A model generated the notes under the pieces. That model saw nothing but the letters and a program-made list of their open reading frames with translations, did no database searches and was not told the origin of the DNA. From Eledone cirrhosa (taxonomy: Eukaryota), in the NCBI GenBank assembly GCA_964016885.1, contig OZ024741.1, positions 137,764,001-137,828,000 on the forward strand: a stretch of DNA of 64,000 bases, written 5' to 3'. Below, one piece after another: positions 27,259 to 42,675 of this stretch; positions within the stretch are counted from its first letter, which is position 1; each line of letters begins with the position of its first letter. Position numbers and translations under genes: made by a program.

Positions 27259-27264
<6 letters not shown>
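26806..27264 (+). mobile_element. HHR-bearing non-coding ~318-nt unit, locus B
   Basis: Terminal direct repeat 26892-26946 = 27210-27264; inverted fragment 26806-26885; ends in (TA)n. Confidence 0.75.
27058..27101 (+). ncRNA. Type I hammerhead ribozyme, U3:A8 core variant
   Basis: agct-TTGATAA-gcat(aaaaa)atgc-GAAA-cagagctctg-TC-agct; stem I extended by tcagcaaacagg/cctgtttgctga (27036-27121). Confidence 0.8.
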
Positions 27265-27302
<38 letters not shown>

Positions 27303-27477
27303 ATATATATATATATATGTACACACACATACATATGAAGTTATTTAAAATCCATGGTATGCAATTCAATATATTGATGTCGCAATGCAGATAAGCATAA
27401 TAATAATTGCTATCTATAGAAGAAAGTTGCATAAATTGCATAACTTAGTTATGCCAACCAAATACTATTATGAATAA

Positions 27478-27657
27478 TTGGCAGTATCGGTAGAGGGTTG
27501 GACGCCATGCTTTCCAGCATAGTTTCGTCCCTTTACGATCTGAGTTCAAATTCCGCCGAGGTTGACTTTGCTTTTCATCCTTACGGGGTCGATAAAATAA
27601 AGTACCAGTGATGCACTGGGTAATTGCTGGCCTTGTGCCTAAAGTAGAAACAATTAT
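27478..27657 (+). mobile_element. SINE family A
   Basis: TGGCAGTATCGGTAGAG...CTGAGTTCAAATTCCGCCGAGG...; flanked by TATTATGAATAATTG / AATTATGAATAATTG, which looks like a target-site duplication. Confidence 0.85.
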
Positions 27658-28120
27658 GAATAATTGCATTGGGGGTGATTTACAAATAATTCGTACTAAA
27701 ACAATATTATTTACAATCATTTGGATGTTATGATACATTTTCATCATTGTTCTGTAAGAGTAATTTTAGCCATTGAAACAAACAGAACATTATATTCACT
27801 TATTGTTTATTGTTAAGTAATACTCTCCATTATGATTTGCCACGGTCCTACGTCGTACTCATAAGACCTCGCCACTGAAACATTGGTCTGCAAATATTAT
27901 TCCTAATTAGGTCACAAAACTTCCCCGAAACGTGTAGGTATTTCATAAGAGAAAGTATTATTAAGAAATAGAAGGAAATGGATTACAAATAGAATATCTG
28001 TTGAGTAATTACTGAAATTAAATTTACACGATGTCATTGTTTCTATTTTAACAAGCGGTCTCAGACAATCATATTACTTTCCTCACATACGCATTCACAC
28101 ACCCATGCTCGTATATATAT

Positions 28121-28245
<125 letters not shown>

Positions 28246-29529
28246 CATACATATGTCTATATGAATAATTTGACATTTGCGAAAGGTAACAAGTCTGAAG
28301 AGTTGCACCAGGAAATTGAACAAAAATTCCCATTTGGTGCCATTTCCACTTCGATAATATTTTACTATTTATTTTGACTTTGTTTTATTTTTGTGTTTGT
28401 TCGATTCCTACAGTAGAAGTGCAATGTTGCATCACTTTGAAGTGTTCTGTGTACTTTTAGATAAGAGTATTTTTCTTCTTCTTCTTCTTCTTCTTCTTCT
28501 TCTTCTTCTTCTTCTTCTTCTTCTTCTTCTTCTTCTTCTTCTTCTTTGTGGTTTTCCTTTTCTTTTCTACTCTCCTTCATTTGATGTAGTACTCTATATG
28601 TGTGACAGCTATGAAACATTAACGAGCATGCTTACACGATGTATTGAACAGTTTGTCCAAGTCAGTACACACAATCAAAGACACAAACAAAACAACATAA
28701 AAATGCTATATCAACATCACTGTATACTATGATAGTTAAAAACAAATTCAAATTATGCATAGCCTCGACTATGCGAATACATTTTTGATTTTAGACAACA
28801 ACGATCAGTGCTTAAATATTTAAATACATGTGTGATTCTGTATAAATGTGTGTAGATAAGAACACACATATATAGATGTACAATCATATATATACAGATG
28901 CTATACTTTCGTGAGCAGACCCACACACGCATACATAATCATGTGTAGTTGCATAGTCAGCAAATCTAGCCAATAGTTAAATTGTAGATCTAGAAATGTA
29001 GTATAACAGTTGACTATTTTAGTTGCATAGATGGACGATATGGGAAAATTACTACAATAAAAATAGGTGAAACGGCTCGCAGAGCAGAGAAAGTATAAAC
29101 GAGAATGGATGGAAATTCAAAAGACACAAAACCCACATCAGTTCTCTACCGGTATGCTAAAAGAATATGGTGGAGGATATAGGATTCAATCCTTTCTATA
29201 CATCGAGGCGAGCCGATTTTGAGACAGATTAAGGAGACTATTGTTATATCAGAAAAAAGAAAAGCTACTCACAGTTTTAATATAAACTATGAATTTATGT
29301 GTGTTGTGAGTGGAAGTTGTTGCTTTATATATTTCAATTTGTGTATGTTTGGTAAATCTTTCATGCAGGTGTGAGGAATAAATTTGTGTTGACACGGAGA
29401 GGGAGAGTAAAAGAGGAGTGATTTGTCATTAACTGCGGTGGTAGAAGTGGTAATAGTAGTAGAAGTAGAATATGATGACAATAATAATTTTTTATGATGA
29501 CAAATTTTTAGAATATGATGACAATAGTA

Positions 29530-29705
29530 TTTGAGGGGGGGGGGGGGAAAGTCGATTAAATCGAACTCCAGTGCGTTACTGGTGCTTTATTTTATCGAAC
29601 CCACAGGACGAAAGGCAAAGCTAACCTCGGCAGGATTTGAACTCAGAACGTAAAGGGCTGTAACTGTATGCCACAAAGTATGGCGTCTACCGATACTGCC
29701 AATTG
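29530..29705 (-). mobile_element. SINE family A
   Basis: Family consensus. Confidence 0.75.
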
Positions 29706-30624
29706 GTCTTTTGAGGTATTTTGAGAAAGTGTAGATGTGAATAACTGGAAGGTTAAGAGGATCTTTTAAGCATGGCCGTGTTTGTTGGTCTTTTGCCGTG
29801 GTGTATTGAGGAGTAGTTGTGGCTGTTGTTGCTTTTGTTGTGACTGTGTTGTTTTTGTTTTTTCTCTGGTTATTGTTATTGCTGCGGTGGTTGCTGTGGT
29901 AGATGCGGTTGTTCCGCTTGAACAACAATGAAAGAAAATACATGGCAAAGGTTTTTAAAATGTGTGTGCATTAATTTAAATGAGACATCTATATGTCTGA
30001 GTTTGTTTTGTATCTACTTCTGCGATCGGTTATTGAACTGTTGTACTCTGTTTATTTGTTTTTTGGCAACAAGATTCAAACATGTAGCCAAATTTCAGCT
30101 TAGGTGAGACAAGACAATGCATATATGAGAATATCGATTTTATTCTAACAAAACATTCGTTTGTTGTAGATGACTTGATGTATATTATGTTTTCTGTAAT
30201 TTTTCCTCTCATCTGCATGAGTGTGAGTGTGTAATTGTCTAATATACTTGGGATTATTCAAGAACAAGTACATGCAATAGTTTGTGTAGAATGCAATGCT
30301 TCAATAATAAGAAATTCATAGTCAAAATAGTACTTCGAATTTCAGGATAAAAATATGCAGCTGAAAAAAATATTTCCCAGAACAAGTATATATAATAGTT
30401 TATGCAGAGGTAGTTATAGTAATAGTTATGCTTCAATAATAAGAAATGTGTAGTTTAAATTAGTAATTGCCATTAACAGTTTCCACAGTTTCAGAAGAGA
30501 TATAGTGTCACTTAATCAAACGCAGTTGTGTGCCTTGCTCTTGATTTTAGGAGAACCTCAGAAACACGTTTCTATACTTTAACAGTGCGTGTACTTATAT
30601 GTATATAAATATAAACATGTATGC

Positions 30625-30740
<116 letters not shown>

Positions 30741-30911
30741 TTATATTTATGCTTATATATTTATACACGTATATATAGTCATATATAAATACATATATAT
30801 GTATATATACACGTATATATACATATATATATACAAATATATATATATGTATATATGTATATATATATATACATGTATATATGCATTTTTATAGGTATAT
30901 ATATGAATATA

Positions 30912-31033
<122 letters not shown>

Positions 31034-31997
31034 GTAAGATTATATATCCACATACATATTTATGTAAGTATCGAAGTATATTTTCCTATTTATTCAAATA
31101 TATTGATTCATCTAAAGGTTAGGTTGGATATAATATAAAACAAAATATTTATTTGAAAAAATACACCACTTTTAAGATAATAGAAACATGAAAGAAGCAT
31201 TAATGCGATAACCTGTCTCTACATTTACACGCCATATTCTAACCTTTTTATCGTGTGTATTATACTGTTTTTGTTTTGGAACATCGCTTATCACTTTTCC
31301 TGTGGCTACATCCAAATAATGTCTCTATTTTACTTTCAATTCCATTCATTAATATGTATCTATTCACGGATGTATCTATAGCATGCATTAAGTGATATCT
31401 TGATCTAGCGACCTGTTGTCTGACTAACTGTTTGATTGATTCATCCATTTCAATATTCAGGTTTGCCTCTAAAATCATAGGGATACCCTCCTGAGCTCTT
31501 TGATCAACCATGTCTACTATTGCCTCTTTTCCCTCTATGAATAGCAAGCAACTTACCTATATTATCCACTTACCTTGCCCATCCTTTCAAGCATACATAT
31601 ATTATTGCATCCACCTTTTATTCATTCAATGATAATTTTCTTTATCTATTGAACCATCAAGAAACGCCACCGCTGCGACAACCATCACCATTAACACTAT
31701 CAATAACACAATCAACGTAATTAGCAACCCGCTAACACAACCATGAAAGGCAAAAGACCTGTCAAATATTTCAATAGAAACATAACAAAATAACACTGAA
31801 TCTTTCTTCAAACAGTTTTCCAAACACAGTTGCTGGACATATACAAAAAATGACAGAAATTGAATGATCTCAACACCTATTTTCTATGAAATGCTACAGA
31901 CACAATACAGAAAATTAAGAAGAAAAATTACTGTTAAAAAACTACTATAGCATAGTAAACTCTCCCCAATTTGATTAAACCTGTGTAGAATATGATG

Positions 31998-32192
31998 GCT
32001 TCTGATTTAGGTACAAGGCCAGCAATTTGGAGGGACGGGAAAGTCGATTAAATCAACTGGTACTTTATTTGACCGACCCTTAAGGATGAAAGGTAAAGCA
32101 AACCGCGACGGGATTTGAACTGAAACGTAAATGGCCGTAACTATATTCCACAAAGCATATTGTCTGACAATCTACCGATACTGCCAATCCAC
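31998..32192 (-). mobile_element. SINE family A
   Basis: Family consensus. Confidence 0.75.
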
Positions 32193-32849
32193 AGCCTTTT
32201 TTCTAGAATATAATAGTAACATATCTAGAATTTGTATTTCCTCGAACTGTGAATCAAAATGTATTGTCCTCTTATCAATTCTTATTTATCCTATACCAAC
32301 ACAACATACATACCATATAAATCAGATGATATTACAATTGATTCATCCCTTAATTACTCAGATGTTGTCATCTTTATTCAAACATTTCGTCAAAATATCC
32401 TAGAAACCTGTCATCAAAATCGATAAAAAATACGATATGAAAACACACACACTTCTCTTCTAGCCTGATCACAAAAGAGGAGCAGCAAATGAAACTAATC
32501 AATATATCAAACAAGCTGATCATATACTCACCAACTCTTAACTAATTATTTATATTATACCACTTTATTAAAATATATCCTAAATCTATGTCTCATATTC
32601 AAGGGGAACCTACTCTAGCCCACCAATACCTTCCCCACCAATACCCCCACCACCCAGTCCTACACAAAAGATCCACCTTTTCCTTCTCTCCAGGACGTGA
32701 TCCCTCCGGAATTTCATAACCTTCAACGTATTTTCTGCAGGAATCATCTTATATACAATTCCAGTTGATTATATACGGGTCGACCTGAAAATGTCATCTG
32801 CCCAACACCGTCTATTTGATTAAGTCATACAAAAGTACCAAGATGATAT

Positions 32850-33110
32850 TTTACAACAGCAATGTGGTTTCAACGCTCCTGTATGGGTGCGAAACGTGGG
32901 GGTTTGTTAACCAGCGAAGAGAACCAATTAGATGACTTCAAATACATACGCGAAATCCTTGTGCAAGCGTAGACCTGACTCCCAAGTGAGAGACATACTA
33001 ATCAGGTCCGTTACTGGTACCCCAACAGAAAGAGGTGACGAGGTCGTCCTAAGATGAATGGTGGAAGACAATCGACAGAGATCTGAAACCTGGCAACAAA
33101 GGTTTGAACG
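32850..33110 (+). mobile_element. RTE LINE 3' fragment
   Basis: YNSNVVSTLLYGCETW and RGRPKMN, matching the RTE at 11183-12790. Confidence 0.65.
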
Positions 33111-35059
33111 TGTTTTGATAGATGAAACTGCCCGCGGTCATTTGTGCACTTTGACTGCCTCATAGTTTTCAATATATGGGAACTCCTAAGTCTAAGATAA
33201 ATGACTCTATGTCTATCAACATGTTCATGGTCCATCGTAATTTGGCGCAGACAAGCTATACCATGTTCATTGATCTGTAGACTCATCTTCTCGACCCAGG
33301 CCTCGACCTAGTTACATAATATTAACAACATCACCACAATCACTACTCTTATGTATTACTTGAATCCCTACGGAACTTTCTATGTGCTCGTTAGTCCTCC
33401 TAATTATAGCAGTTAAATCTCCCTCAAAATAAAGGGCACGTTTGAAGAATTTAGTCCTAGAGATACAAAATGTTTGGATAAATACAAATAAGATGCCCTG
33501 ACCATTCATTGATCACTAAAGTTATCTCCTCCTCCTCCTTATCATCATCATTATCAACATTACCATTATTACCACAAGCACTACCGCCACCATCACTGCC
33601 ACCACTATTATTACAACCACACACAGCACACTACCAACATCAACAACAATACGACAACAATGGCCACTAACACCACAAATACCATTAAAAAACAACAAAC
33701 ATAAGGCTATTTAGCTGCTTAACAACACATTATCATATCGCATTTACAAACGTGCAAAGTCCATAATCACTGCACCACCGCATGCAGCGCTATCACTTAC
33801 AATGAGTGCAGTTCCCACATCAGCCATCAACTTCACCACCATCGTAAACATCATTACTCCATAGTGCACTTACACTAGCTCTGCCAACGACAACGACCTT
33901 TCCACCAAATGAACGAATAATAATGCCTTTATGTGGCTAGTTAACTAAGCGTAAATTACAGTTATATTATATTATGATCTTAGTATAACTTCATACAGAA
34001 GTAACAGTTAGACAATGCAGGTCCAGAAGGAATGATGGATCGTAGATCTGATTGATAAGAGCAGATCTGAGGTTAAACAAATGCAAAAACAACAATAATG
34101 ACAGTATTTCCACCATTTTAAATCTCACTATTGCGAACATCTCTAACGCTTCACCTATAGTACCAGAAACAGCAGCAACATTAACAGCATCACCACCACT
34201 CACAGCAGCACGATTCCCGCCACAACCGCTAATAACGCCACGACAACAACACTACCACCACCGATGCCACTACATTTTTCGACACTTCTTCCATATATCC
34301 TCTTTCACATCAATCATTTTATTGATCCATGTACTTATCTTTTGAACCCGCTAGGAACCCCATAATCCTCTCTGTCAGCCAACACAACATAATTCTGTCA
34401 ACACTCACACATCACCATCACTGCGAACACTATATTATAGATTGAACCGTCAAAGAATCCAACATTTATACACCTTCTCATTTATCATTTCATCGAAACA
34501 TCCGCTCGTCCATTTTATCTTGTTATCACCACACGCAAATGTTTAACAGTACACTTCGAAAACGATAAGGATATAAAATAAAGTCTCATTTGAAAGTTTT
34601 AAAGTACATCTAGATACAAAAGTTTATAGGAAGATCAGACATCTGTAAGAGTTCGTTGTTAGAGATAAAACTTCTATCAACAAACCAACCAATCTATCAA
34701 ATAGGACGTACTAAATATATCACAATATATAGCAAAATCAACAATAACTACGGAACACAATCAACAATTAACTTGTTGAAAAGGCATAAATAGGGTTATA
34801 ATGGATTAAATGATACGAAGAAATTTCATGAAGAAAGGCGCCAGAATATATCCTCTATCGCAGACATAAACTATAGAGTTCATTACCAAATCCATCAATG
34901 TTAAAACATAATGTTTACCAACTTAAATAAATGTAATCCGAATATTAGAATCGTGATTTTCAAAATTCGTCTTGGCATGCTCTTATACTCTATGCTAATT
35001 TTTAGGTTTAAATAATTATACACATTTGTTGATAAAATGTAAGAAACTAATAATATAAG

Positions 35060-35205
35060 GAGTTCGCTTCGCAAAGACCTGGTTTTGGATTCAATTCTAT
35101 TGTATGGCATTCCGAGCAAGTGTTATTGTTTTTTTACTATAACCTTGGAATGATTAGTGACTTGTGAGTAAAGTTTGGTGGACGATATCTGTGGAAGCCA
35201 GTCGT
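35060..35205 (+). mobile_element. Degenerate tRNA-type SINE (family B)
   Basis: B-box-like GGATTCAATTC, GAGCAAGTGT...CTATAACC...CTTGTGAGT...GAAGCCAGTCGTA. Confidence 0.45.
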
Positions 35206-35755
35206 ACATATACATAAGCTAGCTTTATACACAATCCCCACATATGTGGGGAGGGGTGTATAAAGCTAGCTTGCACCGAGTAATTGTCTCTATGTTCGTG
35301 TGTTCAGATATCGTAAAGTAGCGGTTTTGGTAAAAGACATCGATAAATAGATGCCAGATTAAAAAAAAATCTATGTTCTGGGGTTGATGTTTAAGTGGTA
35401 TAATTATTGAAACAAGTATATATATATAATAAAAGTATGCATTCCTATGTGTAAATATACACGCAGAGATATAAGTATTTTCCAACCGTATGCCAGTGTG
35501 GTTCGATGGTAAGTTAATAAATTATCATGCCAGAACATATAAAATCAAGGTCAAGCAAATAGAGAAAAAGTTTAAAATAAATTTTTTAAATGTTTACTGT
35601 ACTTACTATACTTACTACCACCCCACGGTAGATCTTCCAGCGCGGGCAACGACCACCCCACAGATTCGGGCCGTGAAGATAGCAAAAAGCATAGCGCCCA
35701 AAGGGGAAGCAACAATGCGGGAAACACCAGCAACCCAACAAATCTCCAACAACTC

Positions 35756-36590
35756 ATGACACCCCCGACCCACGCATATAGGAGGAGACACAGAAAAATC
35801 ACGTGGTACAACCCACCCTACTCAGCGACCCTAAAGAACAGCTTGGCCCAATCATTCTTTGGAGCACTTGATAAATGCTTCCTGAGGGACCATAGATACC
35901 ACAAGATCTTCAACAGACACACTGTGAAGCTCTCGTATTCCACCACGAAAAATCTGGCCCAACACATAGCTAGCATCAACAGGAGTAGGCTTAAAAACCA
36001 CACACAACCAGAAGATGGCAATACAAGCACTCAGCAAAACCATGTGAAAGGAGCGAAGGGGGGACCCAGTGCCCACCCAAGAAATCCAAACAGACCCGGT
36101 GTCCCCCCATCGTGCCTGGGGGAAGACCACCATGTAACACCTAACGGGAACACCATTCTAGGCACGCAGAGGTCGACCACCCTCTGCAACTGCAGAAACC
36201 CCGAATCATGCCCCCTTGGTAATGAATGCCTTAAGAAGAACCTAGTATACGGTTGTAGGGTTAAAACCCCCAACTCCGAACACCTCTACATAGGAGCCAC
36301 ATCAACGAGTTCTAAAGACCGCTGGTATAACCATCGCCATTCCTTCAATAAGGAGGCCAAAAGGAAAAGTACGGCTCTCTCCGACCTGATCTGGAAGCTT
36401 AAGCTGGACAGGACCCCGTACTCTCTGGCCTGGCCCATAATAAGGAAAGTACCACCCGAGAAAGGGGGATCTTGCATATACAAACTATGTCTGAAGCGGC
36501 GTGATAAACCTCAGAACCGACTTCTTCGGGATATGCAGACACCTCAGGGCCGGGACCTTCCTCAAGATATATGGACAGTAGCAACACAAT
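35756..36590 (+). pseudogene. Penelope-like element 4: linker plus GIY-YIG endonuclease (5'-truncated)
   Basis: ITWYNPPYS, VKLSYSTTKN, CNCRNPESCPLGNECL, LYIGATSTSSKDRWYNHRHSF, STALSDLIWKLK. Confidence 0.88.
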
Positions 36591-37495
36591 AAGATGTGAA
36601 CTCCCCTCAAGCTATAGGGACTTCTCCAGCACATGTAGACACCTCTCGGCCAGACCTCCCTCAAGCTATATGGGCAGTAACAACACCATAAGTTGGGAAC
36701 TTCCCTCAAGCCATAGGGACCAACCCAGGCTGAGAAAACACCATGATAGCCTACAGATTGATTCTGACACAGCCTTTATAACACACACACACATTTTAAT
36801 TTACTTGATTTTTTATTTTTCATTTTTGATTTCCCATTATTCATTTGTTATTTGTTTTCTGTTTTCTTCACTTTATCACCTTATATTTATATTTAAGTTG
36901 AGATTGGTTATAACACACACACATTTTATTTGATTACCCTATTTCATTTCATTCTTTTACCATCTTGTTCCTCCTACCACTCTATCCAGCATATTTCTGA
37001 CCTTGAGATTGGCTATAGCACACACACATTTTATCTTATTTTATTTGAATCTTCATTTTTATTTTTCACTTTTCATCTTCATTTTTCATTTTCCATATTC
37101 ATTTTTCATTACTTTTTCATTACTTTTTCATTAATTTTTCATTTATTGTGTATTTATTATTTATTTTCTGTTTTCTTCATTTTATTGCCTTCTATTTCTT
37201 CATATACATGGAAGAACCCCCCCCCCCCCCACCACCACCACGGGAGATGGTGGCAAGAGGGATGAAGAAACACACACACACATACTTCTAAATTGTCAGC
37301 AGCAGCAAGACATAAGCTGACCACAAAACCAACAACACTACCAAAATAACGGTAGAGATCAGATGTACTTAACAATAGCAAACACAAACACTACAGGGAG
37401 CCTCACCCCAGAAAGAATTTTTATAGACTTTGGACTGAGGAATGCTCTCAAAACTGACCAATGGGAAGTCTGACCTTACAGATCTTTATAACATT

Positions 37496-38440
37496 GATAT
37501 ATATATGTTGCAACCGGTCACTTTTAAGCTCTATGAAGAATTAATAAATTAAATAATCAGTTTCTACATGCTGTCGAAATGTTGGATAAATAATCTATTG
37601 GGGCCAGCGCGAAGAGGCCACTTTCAGTTATTTGTCGGAGATTTCTTCATAAGAGCCTTTCTTCTTATAGCTTGGTCTAATTGATTTTTATATGGTTAAT
37701 TATGCTAATTAGAAGAGGAAATAGTATATATTTTATCTAATAATTCTAAGGACATGGTTTATGATATATTGCTCTGATTATTTAATTTATTAATTCCTCA
37801 TAGAGCTTAAAAGTGACGGGTTGCAACATATATATATCTATAACTTTATGTATATGTAAACCTTTATATTTAATAATCTCCCGTTAGGTTGAGATTCAAT
37901 TTGGCTATATTTGGCTACGCTTTCTAGCAGCAAGCCTACCCGCCGTAAGCAACCAATCACATTCTTTCTAGCTTGACCACAGCCACATAGCGATTCTTAG
38001 CCATTTTTGGTGCGACCGGGTTAGAAAATTTTGGCGCGATCGGGTTAGAAAACTAGATGTCTGATTTTGAGTTTGTCTCCTGATGAATCCTAACTCAAGA
38101 CATTCCTATTATTTGGATGTCTAAAAATACGGATGAAAACATGGTAGAGATATAATTACGGTATGTACACATTTCTTCTAAGTTTAATTTTTACACCTAA
38201 TTGTGGATGGTTGATGATATATTTAGTCAGTTTCTACATGCTGTCGAAATGTTGGATAAATAATCTATTGGGGCCACCGCGAAGAGGCCACTTTCAGTTA
38301 TTTGTCGGAGATTTCTTCATAAGAGCTTTTCTTCTTATAGCTTGGTCTAATTGATTTTTTATATGGTTAATTATGCTAATTAGAAGAGGAAATAGTAGAT
38401 ATTTTATCTAATAATTCTAAGAACATGATTTATGATATAT
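37496..38440. repeat. Rearranged pLTR-like repeats downstream of PLE4
   Basis: 37496-37560 is inverted relative to 37773-37838; 37557-37768 is a direct repeat of 38228-38440. Confidence 0.75.
38074..38152 (+). ncRNA. Type I hammerhead ribozyme with extended stem II
   Basis: tgtctc-CTGATGA-atcc...(gacatt..gatgtc)...ggat-GAAA-acatgg-TA-gagata; stem III has a mismatch. Confidence 0.6.
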
Positions 38441-38775
38441 ATATATATATACAGATATACATAATGTTCTCTATATATTATATATAATATACACATGATT
38501 ATTCCTTGTAATGGAACTTACATCTCAACGTATTTTGACTCTCGGAGTCCAAATTACACGGTGGTCTCCTTTGCATCTCATGATTCCAAGATTATAATTA
38601 AAAAATATATTAGAAGCCAATTATTTTTACCTATTCAATCAATTACACCTTTCCAACATACTGTACCAATATGAAAATATAGTTATATTAGCACTATTTA
38701 CTCTAGCGACTGCGAAATTAGGTATGTTGGCATTTAAACCTACAATCAAGAGGGAAGGTTATAAGAAACATAACG

Positions 38776-38846
<71 letters not shown>

Positions 38847-38999
38847 TGTTATACTTTGGGAGGGTCATGTTGCCAATAAGAAACACACGCACCAGTTGCT
38901 TTCACTTCAATTTATTATAATAAATTTATAAATTTAGGAATTTATAAATTTCCGGTTAGTTATATACATATATATGTATATATATATACATATGTATAC

Positions 39000-39104
<105 letters not shown>

Positions 39105-39253
39105 TATATACATATATATATATATGTTTCCTTAGAATTTCTTCATTTCTTCAGATCCCTTCCCACAAAATATATTCATGTTATGTCTAGCACGAGACAT
39201 TCAAGAGCTAAATTATTTTCGACGATGGTTCCCAGACGAAGTCATGCGAACGG

Positions 39254-39385
<132 letters not shown>

Positions 39386-39434
39386 GTATATATATAATAA
39401 TATTTGTTTTCGAGGATGTTATATATATATATTG

Positions 39435-39568
39435 TTATACTTGGGAGTGTCATGTTGCCAATAAGAAACACACGCACCAGTTGCTTTCACTTCAATTTAT
39501 AATAAATTGAAGCGAAAGCAACTGGTGGGCATGTTTCTTATTGGCAACATGACCCTCCCAGAGTATAA
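39435..39568. repeat. ~134-bp near-perfect palindrome (fold-back) of a dispersed repeat end
   Basis: ...GTCATGTTGCCAATAAGAAAC...GTTGCTTTCACTTCAATTTAT-A-ATAAATTGAAGCGAAAGCAAC...GTTTCTTATTGGCAACATGAC...; direct copy at 38844-38925 and a related copy at about 58550. Confidence 0.85.
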
Positions 39569-39628
39569 AAATATCGGTTTCAACACACGTTTTCAGATAA
39601 AGAATCTTGCTAAACAAATTCAGAAACG

Positions 39629-39804
<176 letters not shown>

Positions 39805-41659
39805 TACACAATAATCAAAGTTATGTTCAAATAATTTCATTGCTCACAATCGTTTCTTCCAAACTTTTGTTTGAAGTCATCGGAGCACTAACAATGTTTG
39901 TACATATAGTTGACCTCCTACTCAACTGAACAATCATGTAGATACATGGATATTAATGCTGTCAATAACAGTTTCGTATTTACAGAGTGGAATGGATGCG
40001 ACATATATTACAAGAGAATTGTACAATAATTAAAATCAAAAAGCATAGAGTGGAATCTATGCGACAGATATCACAAGGGAATAGTATAATAATTAAAGAG
40101 GCATTAAGGAGAAAAGGTACTCGTAAAACAACGACACCAGCAGCACATATGCAAGCGTGTAGAGAGTGCAAATGTGTTAACCATATATAGGAAGGAGACA
40201 AGCAATGGTACTAGGCATATATAATTACTGTATGGCAAAGGTATCACATAAAAAATAACATAGGTTTACAAGTATATCTGGCAGGCAAAGGTGTTTGTGT
40301 ATTACTATTAAGAGTTTATGGTGGATGTAATGCGATGATTGTTTCTGTTATGTTCAATTGTGTATGTGTTGTGAGTATCACTGTTATTGCTATCTTTTCC
40401 ATTACATTGGTTAAATTCTATTTTAGTGAATGTTTTTAGTTAATTACAGGTGTGGTTTGTATAATGGTCCTATTATATTGTTATCCTTGGTTCGAGTTGT
40501 TCTATAGCGATTCTTCTAATGGTTTAATTTCCGGAAGTGAGTTTGAGGTTCATATTAAGGGGAGCTAATGTGAAAGGGGAGGTAACTAGCGATTAAATTG
40601 TATATGAAAGTAAAAAGAAGGAAACATGGAAAAAATGTATAGTTAAATTCTTTGTGCTAATATACATTCTATTGTGTACAATTTATATTCCTGCTCTGTA
40701 AAACATCCGATGTATTTACATTGAGCTGTTTTTCTTACTGGTAATAAGGTAGTAATAAATTACTGACCTTTCCTGTTTATAGTTGTATATAGTGTATACA
40801 TAACTGTAAATAGTATATATATATATATACAGGTATTTGTGTTTATCAAATATATTAATTTATATTAACCTGTATTACACGGCTCAGAAATACTCTTTCT
40901 TTGAGCTATTTCATTGTAAAAGACTGCCTGAGATTTGAACTCATTATTATTGATATATATATATATATACACATACAAACACAAATTGTATCAAGATATA
41001 AAATAAACTAATAAAATCCACTGAATCTATTCACAAATCTGTTACATTGACAGTAATAACAACTAGAACTATAGCTGCTGTAATAAGAAAGTGATGGCAA
41101 ACTTACTAGTCTCAACTTGTAACCTCTGATTAAAAATGAGAGAAAATAGAATATTCTTTAATAAAAATTTTCCTGTTAAGAGAAACAAATGTACACAGTC
41201 GTATGAAACACATATACAAACCTATCTATCTTCTATTTATAGGAATATTCATACACACACACACATGCACAGATATATGTATATATATACACACACAAAC
41301 ATATATATATATGTGTATGTGTATGTATATATATACACACACATACTAACTATTGGTTAAACAGCATCACCAACACGCAATTGACCAAGCGCGTTGAGTA
41401 CGACTACACCTCTTACATGGGCAAAACAAAGTAGAAAGTTATTTATCACAGGGTGGTCAGACAAGAACTAACGTTTCAATACCAGATGTAGTATAAATAA
41501 GGATGACCTGAGGTGGGGCAGGGAGATTTATTTGAGAAGTAACATTTATGATAATGTGAACAGAGTGATGATGGAATTTGAGGGCTGTGGGAAAGAAGGA
41601 GGTATACAAAACCTATTTCAAAACACAATCACTCTTATTCGTAATATGATCGGCTTGTC

Positions 41660-42340
41660 TCCTCACAGTTCCGGCGGACAGAATAGAGAAGGCGTTTCCC
41701 CGGAGGACGGCAATGGAGACGCGCTGGTAGAGCCACTACAACTCGCGGGGTTCACACCTCCGGCTGGCCAGCTCAGCGCCTATGGTGGTGAGTAGGGAGG
41801 TAGCCCTAGGGCCGAGGACACCAGAAGTCTCCGCTGCCAAGGGTACAAACGCAAACCTGTCGGAGAGCGACAGGTATTTGAAGAGTTTGGCCCCCTCAGT
41901 CCGACGTGCAGCAGAACCTGGGTTAGTCGCAGACTGCACCAGGTTGCGACTGCAGAAAGTGTCAGTGGAAGTGGCATCCCAGAGGAGGGGTTTGCCACCA
42001 CGGAACGGGAAGAGGGTCATGCCATCTGGCCTTTTCCCTTCTCCTCGGTCCAAGCCCACCGGCTCGAGCTGGGAAGGGAAGCCTGCAGCGTCCAAGCCAT
42101 TCTTTATGACCTCGTTGAGGGCAGCATGGCGTGGAAGGCGACCGGCACTGTAGTGACAGGAAAGCTGGCGGAGGCCGAAAGCGTCCACGGTGGATCCACA
42201 GCGACAGTGGTGTGGCTCGCAGATCCGGAGACCGAGCCTCAAGGAAACGCCGATGCGCAGGCTATTGTTATCTAGTTACGTGCCAGTGGAGAAGGAGGGC
42301 AAATCATGGAGCCAAGCACCACTGTGGGGTTTGGAGGCCG
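41660..42340 (-). mobile_element. CRE-clade non-LTR retrotransposon 3' region (Zn knuckle plus RLE)
   Basis: RLGLRICEPHHCRCG...LSC...RHAALN...EPVGLDRGEGKRPDGMTLFPF..GKPLLWDAT...K..KY...FVPLAAETSGVLG. Confidence 0.85.
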
Positions 42341-42486
42341 CACGAAAAGAAGAAGAAGGTTATAAAGGGTGGTACTGATAATGTAGTAATAACTTGGTCG
42401 AAATATATCCGAAGGTATCTCCTCCGAGTTTGAACCTAATATAGCGTACATTTGCCTTCTTCTGTTTGTCTTGTTTCCTTTATTAA

Positions 42487-42529
<43 letters not shown>

Positions 42530-42675
42530 GAGATATCGATATAAATAAAATGGCGGCCTGTGTGGTTGCAATTAAGTATAATGAAAATAAATATAAAAAT
42601 GATACAGGCGAAAGAGGGTATTATCCATCATCAGTTGTCTTCTAGGAATCATCGATATTTCTTCGCGTTAGAGAC

